Assembly: GCA_904063045.1 (NCBI GenBank)
Contig: CAJFCJ010000005.1
Span: 141,602-179,862 of the forward strand
Length of the DNA stretch: 38,261 nucleotides
Source of the DNA: Dimorphilus gyrociliatus
Taxonomy: Eukaryota > Animalia > Annelida
Reading direction: 5' to 3'
Position numbers and translations under genes: made by a program. The notes below the pieces were generated by a model. It had not been told where the DNA came from and searched no databases. It saw nothing but the letters and a program-made list of their open reading frames with translations. Position 1 is the stretch's first letter. Each line of letters starts with the position of its first letter. This document shows positions 34,769 through 38,261 of this stretch, in pieces.

Positions 34769-36998
34769 TAAGGATTCAGCTATTCAGAAGAGAACTTGTC
34801 AAGTGTATATCTCAGTTGGCTCTCAAGAACATTTTATTATTGTTCGTTGGCCGAGAGATCTGAGAAAAAATACTGTTCGGTTAATTTGAACTCTTCCGGA
34901 CTGTTGAACGACATTAGATTTATTGCTCGATCTCTATTCATGTACGGAGGTCGAAATGGCAACCATGGATATGTTCTGCATAATTCTTCGTACATCCCCC
35001 AGTTTTCATCAGACAAAAATTGCAGTGTCTCCTCAAAATACCCGTTTTGCGTTGTCAATTGTTGACGGATATTTGGTATATTCTCCACAAAATATCCCAA
35101 CTTATTTTGTCTATAGGCTTCAGTATAGACGTGTGATATGTTTATCAAGATCTCAATCAGACCCATATATTTTTTGATTAGTGCAGTAATGACTGAATCA
35201 ATACTATCCCGAATTTGTATCAGATAGTTACCCAATTCCTGAATGTAGTATCGATGTCCTGGAGAGAGCTGTGGTTCGGGTATGTTTAATTCCCTCTTTG
35301 CATATATGTAGAGTGTTTCTAAAGAATTTCCAAATGTGTTTTTATCAATGTCCCTCATTAAACAGCAACTAAGAGGGACAATTAGATCAACCTTTGGAAA
35401 GTGACGAGTATCAAAATCCAAATCTCTATCGCCAAATGTAGAGATACCTACTACATTGAGAGTGATGTTTTCCCTATCGAGCAGGCTCATCAAGTACTCG
35501 AACGTTATTTGTTTTTGTTCTTTAACCTCAACCTCGATGAGGTAACTTGTTCTATGATTCTCACCCAAATTTGTACAACACCCGAACAAGCGAAATAGAC
35601 ATTTCGTGCTGTGTCTTTCAATAGAACATTGTAAAAATATTTTTCCACATTTTCCGAAGGTTTGTTCCCTTAGCTGTTGAATTTTATTGAACGTTCAATT
35701 GTCTTTTCATAAAAATGCCGCTCAAAGTCATTTCTTATTCTTAAAGTATCAAGATAAACTGCATCCTTAGACAAACATCTTTCCAACTTTAAACCTTTCG
35801 AAATTTTTATTTCGAACAAGGCTTTTAATACATTAACATGTAGGTCAGAAAAGAGATGAGACATTTCTTCGCAGGGTTTAATATATGCATATATAAATGC
35901 GCGTGCGCAATAAGAAAAACCACGAACCCTGATAAATTTATCGAAATATTTTTTCGTAACATAATAAAAAAAATAATAAACTAATTAAAATAATTAATTA
36001 AAGTAATTATTTTTAAGTTTTTTCAACCTTTACGCAAGTTGATATCAAAATGGCTACTCGCCGACAATACAAAATGTCTGCCAACCCTCTCTATCCATAT
36101 ATATTTTTTGCTTGAACTGAGAAGAAAATTAATCTTTTTCTAGTTTTTAGAGTCATGTGATAATGATAACTGTTGTAAAATCTTATAATATCAGTCATGG
36201 TAACAATTTCAATCAAAAGCAAAAACTCTTTAAAAGTAATTCAATTTTTATATTTTTCAGCAAGATATTCGATGGGACAGAGAGAGACAGAGACAGAAAG
36301 ATAGAGAGAAAGAAATGTTAGAAATATCACTTATATCGTAAAATGAATACAGTAAATAGAAGTAAATTTAAAAGTGGGAGAAGGTTAGAATGATACTTTA
36401 ACGATACCTTCCAATTCATTACATTGCTAAAGTAGAATATCCACATTTTTATACTTTTAATTTATACATTTTCTTTCCATTCTGTCAACTATTCGACTAT
36501 ATATATATAAAAACTGCCATGAATATTAACGTTTCGGTGTAATATTCCACACCATACAACATATATGTATTCATAAAGTTTTGAATTGAATTATTTAGTC
36601 AGCAATTCACAGTCAAATGATATTTAAAAATATAACCACAAATAAATATGTTTTTCTATAGAATACTTCTATTTTATTCATATTAGTCATATTGCGCGTC
36701 GAAAAGTATGTAGTCCTATAATCTTCCTTTAATTATTTATAAAATTATAATTGATCTGTTAAATGTATACGTTTTTTCAATAAATTTTTACTTTTCGTTT
36801 GTCTTGAGCCTAGAAGAAGACGTTTTATGTCAAAAAACACCCCGATTCATTAACTTACATGGGAATTTTATTCAAGAACAACAATAACATTGTTTTACCC
36901 TTTGCAGAGAAACTTTTAGTTTCAAGTTTTAATTTCGACTGCAAGAAATGAGAATAAATTTTGAAAAAGGTAATAAATGAATAAAATACAAAAGTAAT
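34769..36998 (-). repeat. Inverted duplication, right arm
   Basis: Reverse complement of 24531-26756. Confidence 0.96.
34837..35864 (-). pseudogene. Orphan family member D, inverted copy of A with a 1-bp deletion at ~35692 (real or consensus error)
   Basis: gaacgtttcaat in A versus gaacgttcaat in D. ORFs 35670-35864 and 34837-35589 are two pieces of one frame. Confidence 0.82.
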
Positions 36999-37009
36999 GC
37001 TTACGTAAT

Positions 37010-37258
37010 CTATATTTTTAGAAACAAATTCTATGAAGGAAAAGTCGAAAAACTTTGATTCTGCTTTATAATTCTGAATTCTGAATAAAAGGAAAGCAGG
37101 TGGCCTTATGATTATTAGCTACGCAAAACAAGTAAAGATAAACGTTAAAAATGTCTACAATCATAAATACTCGTAGAATAAAAGATAAGTAACCCTAACC
37201 CTAACCCTAACCCTAACCCTTAGTTGAAAAAAAACTCACTAAATAGTTTGAGAGTGTA
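37010..37258 (+). repeat. Dispersed repeat copy abutting the inverted-duplication breakpoint
   Basis: Homologous to 30598-31022; starts about 12 bp after the arm end at 36998. Confidence 0.75.
37190..37219 (-). repeat. Interstitial telomere-type repeat (TTAGGG)5
   Basis: Five perfect TAACCC units on the + strand. Confidence 0.95.
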
Positions 37259-37575
37259 ATATTCCTCTAATGTTCTGTAAAAATTCTACAATTTAAAATT
37301 ATTGATTATCATAACATCAGTTTAGAAAAATGTTCTGTACAAGCCAGGTTTTGTATGCCACAGCTGCTAATAGCGGTGAATATGCAAAAAAATTATGTGC
37401 TTTCTGCATATTGTGGTAGCTTTAGCTCCATTGATAGTCTCCATTGGATAAGGATATCTTGTGATTTCATTCATCGATGGTCCTTTCCGGTATACTTTAT
37501 AAAATAAGATATAATAATTAAAGAAATACTTTTACTTGTAACCATTTGAAATATAACATTATCTATAAAGAAATA

Positions 37576-38187
37576 TTAATGATTGTCATTGGCACTAACT
37601 TTATTTTGTCTCTTACCATCTTCTTTCTTTAAAGTTCCTCTAATTCTTATTATAGAAATTGGTAGCACATTTATAGTTATCTTTTGAACCCTTAGAAATC
37701 TTCCAGTGCAACTGCAAATCTTACAAAAGAAATTTCCAGAATTCTTTGCAGTCTGCTGATAGATGAGTGATCTTTGTTGAAAACATAATTGTCCTCCGAT
37801 TAGCAACTTAGTTTCTGTATAAACTTCAAACATGTCAAGATTACCTGTAAAAATATGATTACTTATATGTTATTGATTTTAATAGGCAATCAAAGATTAT
37901 AGTCTTTACTTGCGCTATCTCCATTAATTACGCAAACTTTCTGTGTATAGTCCTTGAAAGTCAACAGCCCACCAAGGACGTTCCGAGCAACCAGCTATGG
38001 ACTTTGCAGTTTTAAAGATGGCATCCATCAAAGCTCTACTGGCATTATTATTCTTAACAGCAGTGACTTGTTGGTATGCTGGATGATTCGTTGCAATATT
38101 ATCTTCTATAGAAATATAACAAAAGCCAAAAGATAAATATACAACAACCAATTGAATTATTATAAGAAAATGATGTACTAAATTCAT
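37576..38187 (-). CDS. Secreted F-type lectin (fucolectin/FTP-like, F5/8 type C fold) domain protein; exons 38187-37932 and 37844-~37576
   Basis: Hydrophobic signal peptide MNLVHHFLIIIQLVVVYLSFG. DNIATNHPAYQQ..ASRAL..C..PWWAVDF and C..GRFLRVQK follow the F-type lectin pattern. The intron is phase-consistent; the 3' end may splice further. Confidence 0.7.
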
Positions 38188-38261
38188 CTTTATAGTCTAT
38201 TGAAATTGTTGGAAAGGGAAAGAGTTGGACAATACAAGTTGAACATTTATAAACTGTTCAG

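Noticed and set aside
1-38261. CRISPR arrays, rRNA, tRNA, prokaryotic operons
   Set aside because: No repeat-spacer periodicity or RNA-gene signatures seen. The spliceosomal introns show the DNA is eukaryotic, so the Thoeris comparison is only an analogy.

Overview
AT-rich eukaryotic DNA with ~55-170 nt GT-AG introns and TTAGGG-type repeats, so probably a compact invertebrate genome (inference; the species cannot be fixed from this window). Left half: a near-identical 6.46-kb direct duplication (1-6457 = 11852-18302) carries a divergent TRPM-family channel gene and the 5' end of a neighbouring multi-exon gene. That gene (17487-22783) encodes a helical N-terminus, coiled coil, Death domain, two TIR domains and a CaaX tail. 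Between the copies are an inverted, scrambled piece of the TIR gene and decayed BEL/Pao, Tc1/mariner and Mutator-like elements. Right half: a PAN/apple-domain gene, four members of an unrecognised ~300-340 aa family (two in a 2.2-kb inverted duplication), further BEL and MULE remnants, a solo LTR with a 5-bp TSD, a 305-bp tandem repeat containing TAACCC units, an unknown multi-exon gene and an F-type-lectin-like gene. There is a 227-N gap at 18916-19142. Best leads: (1) the TIR-enzyme + SLOG/TRPM-channel pair; (2) the expanding orphan family. All gene models and domain calls were made by eye; no searches were run.
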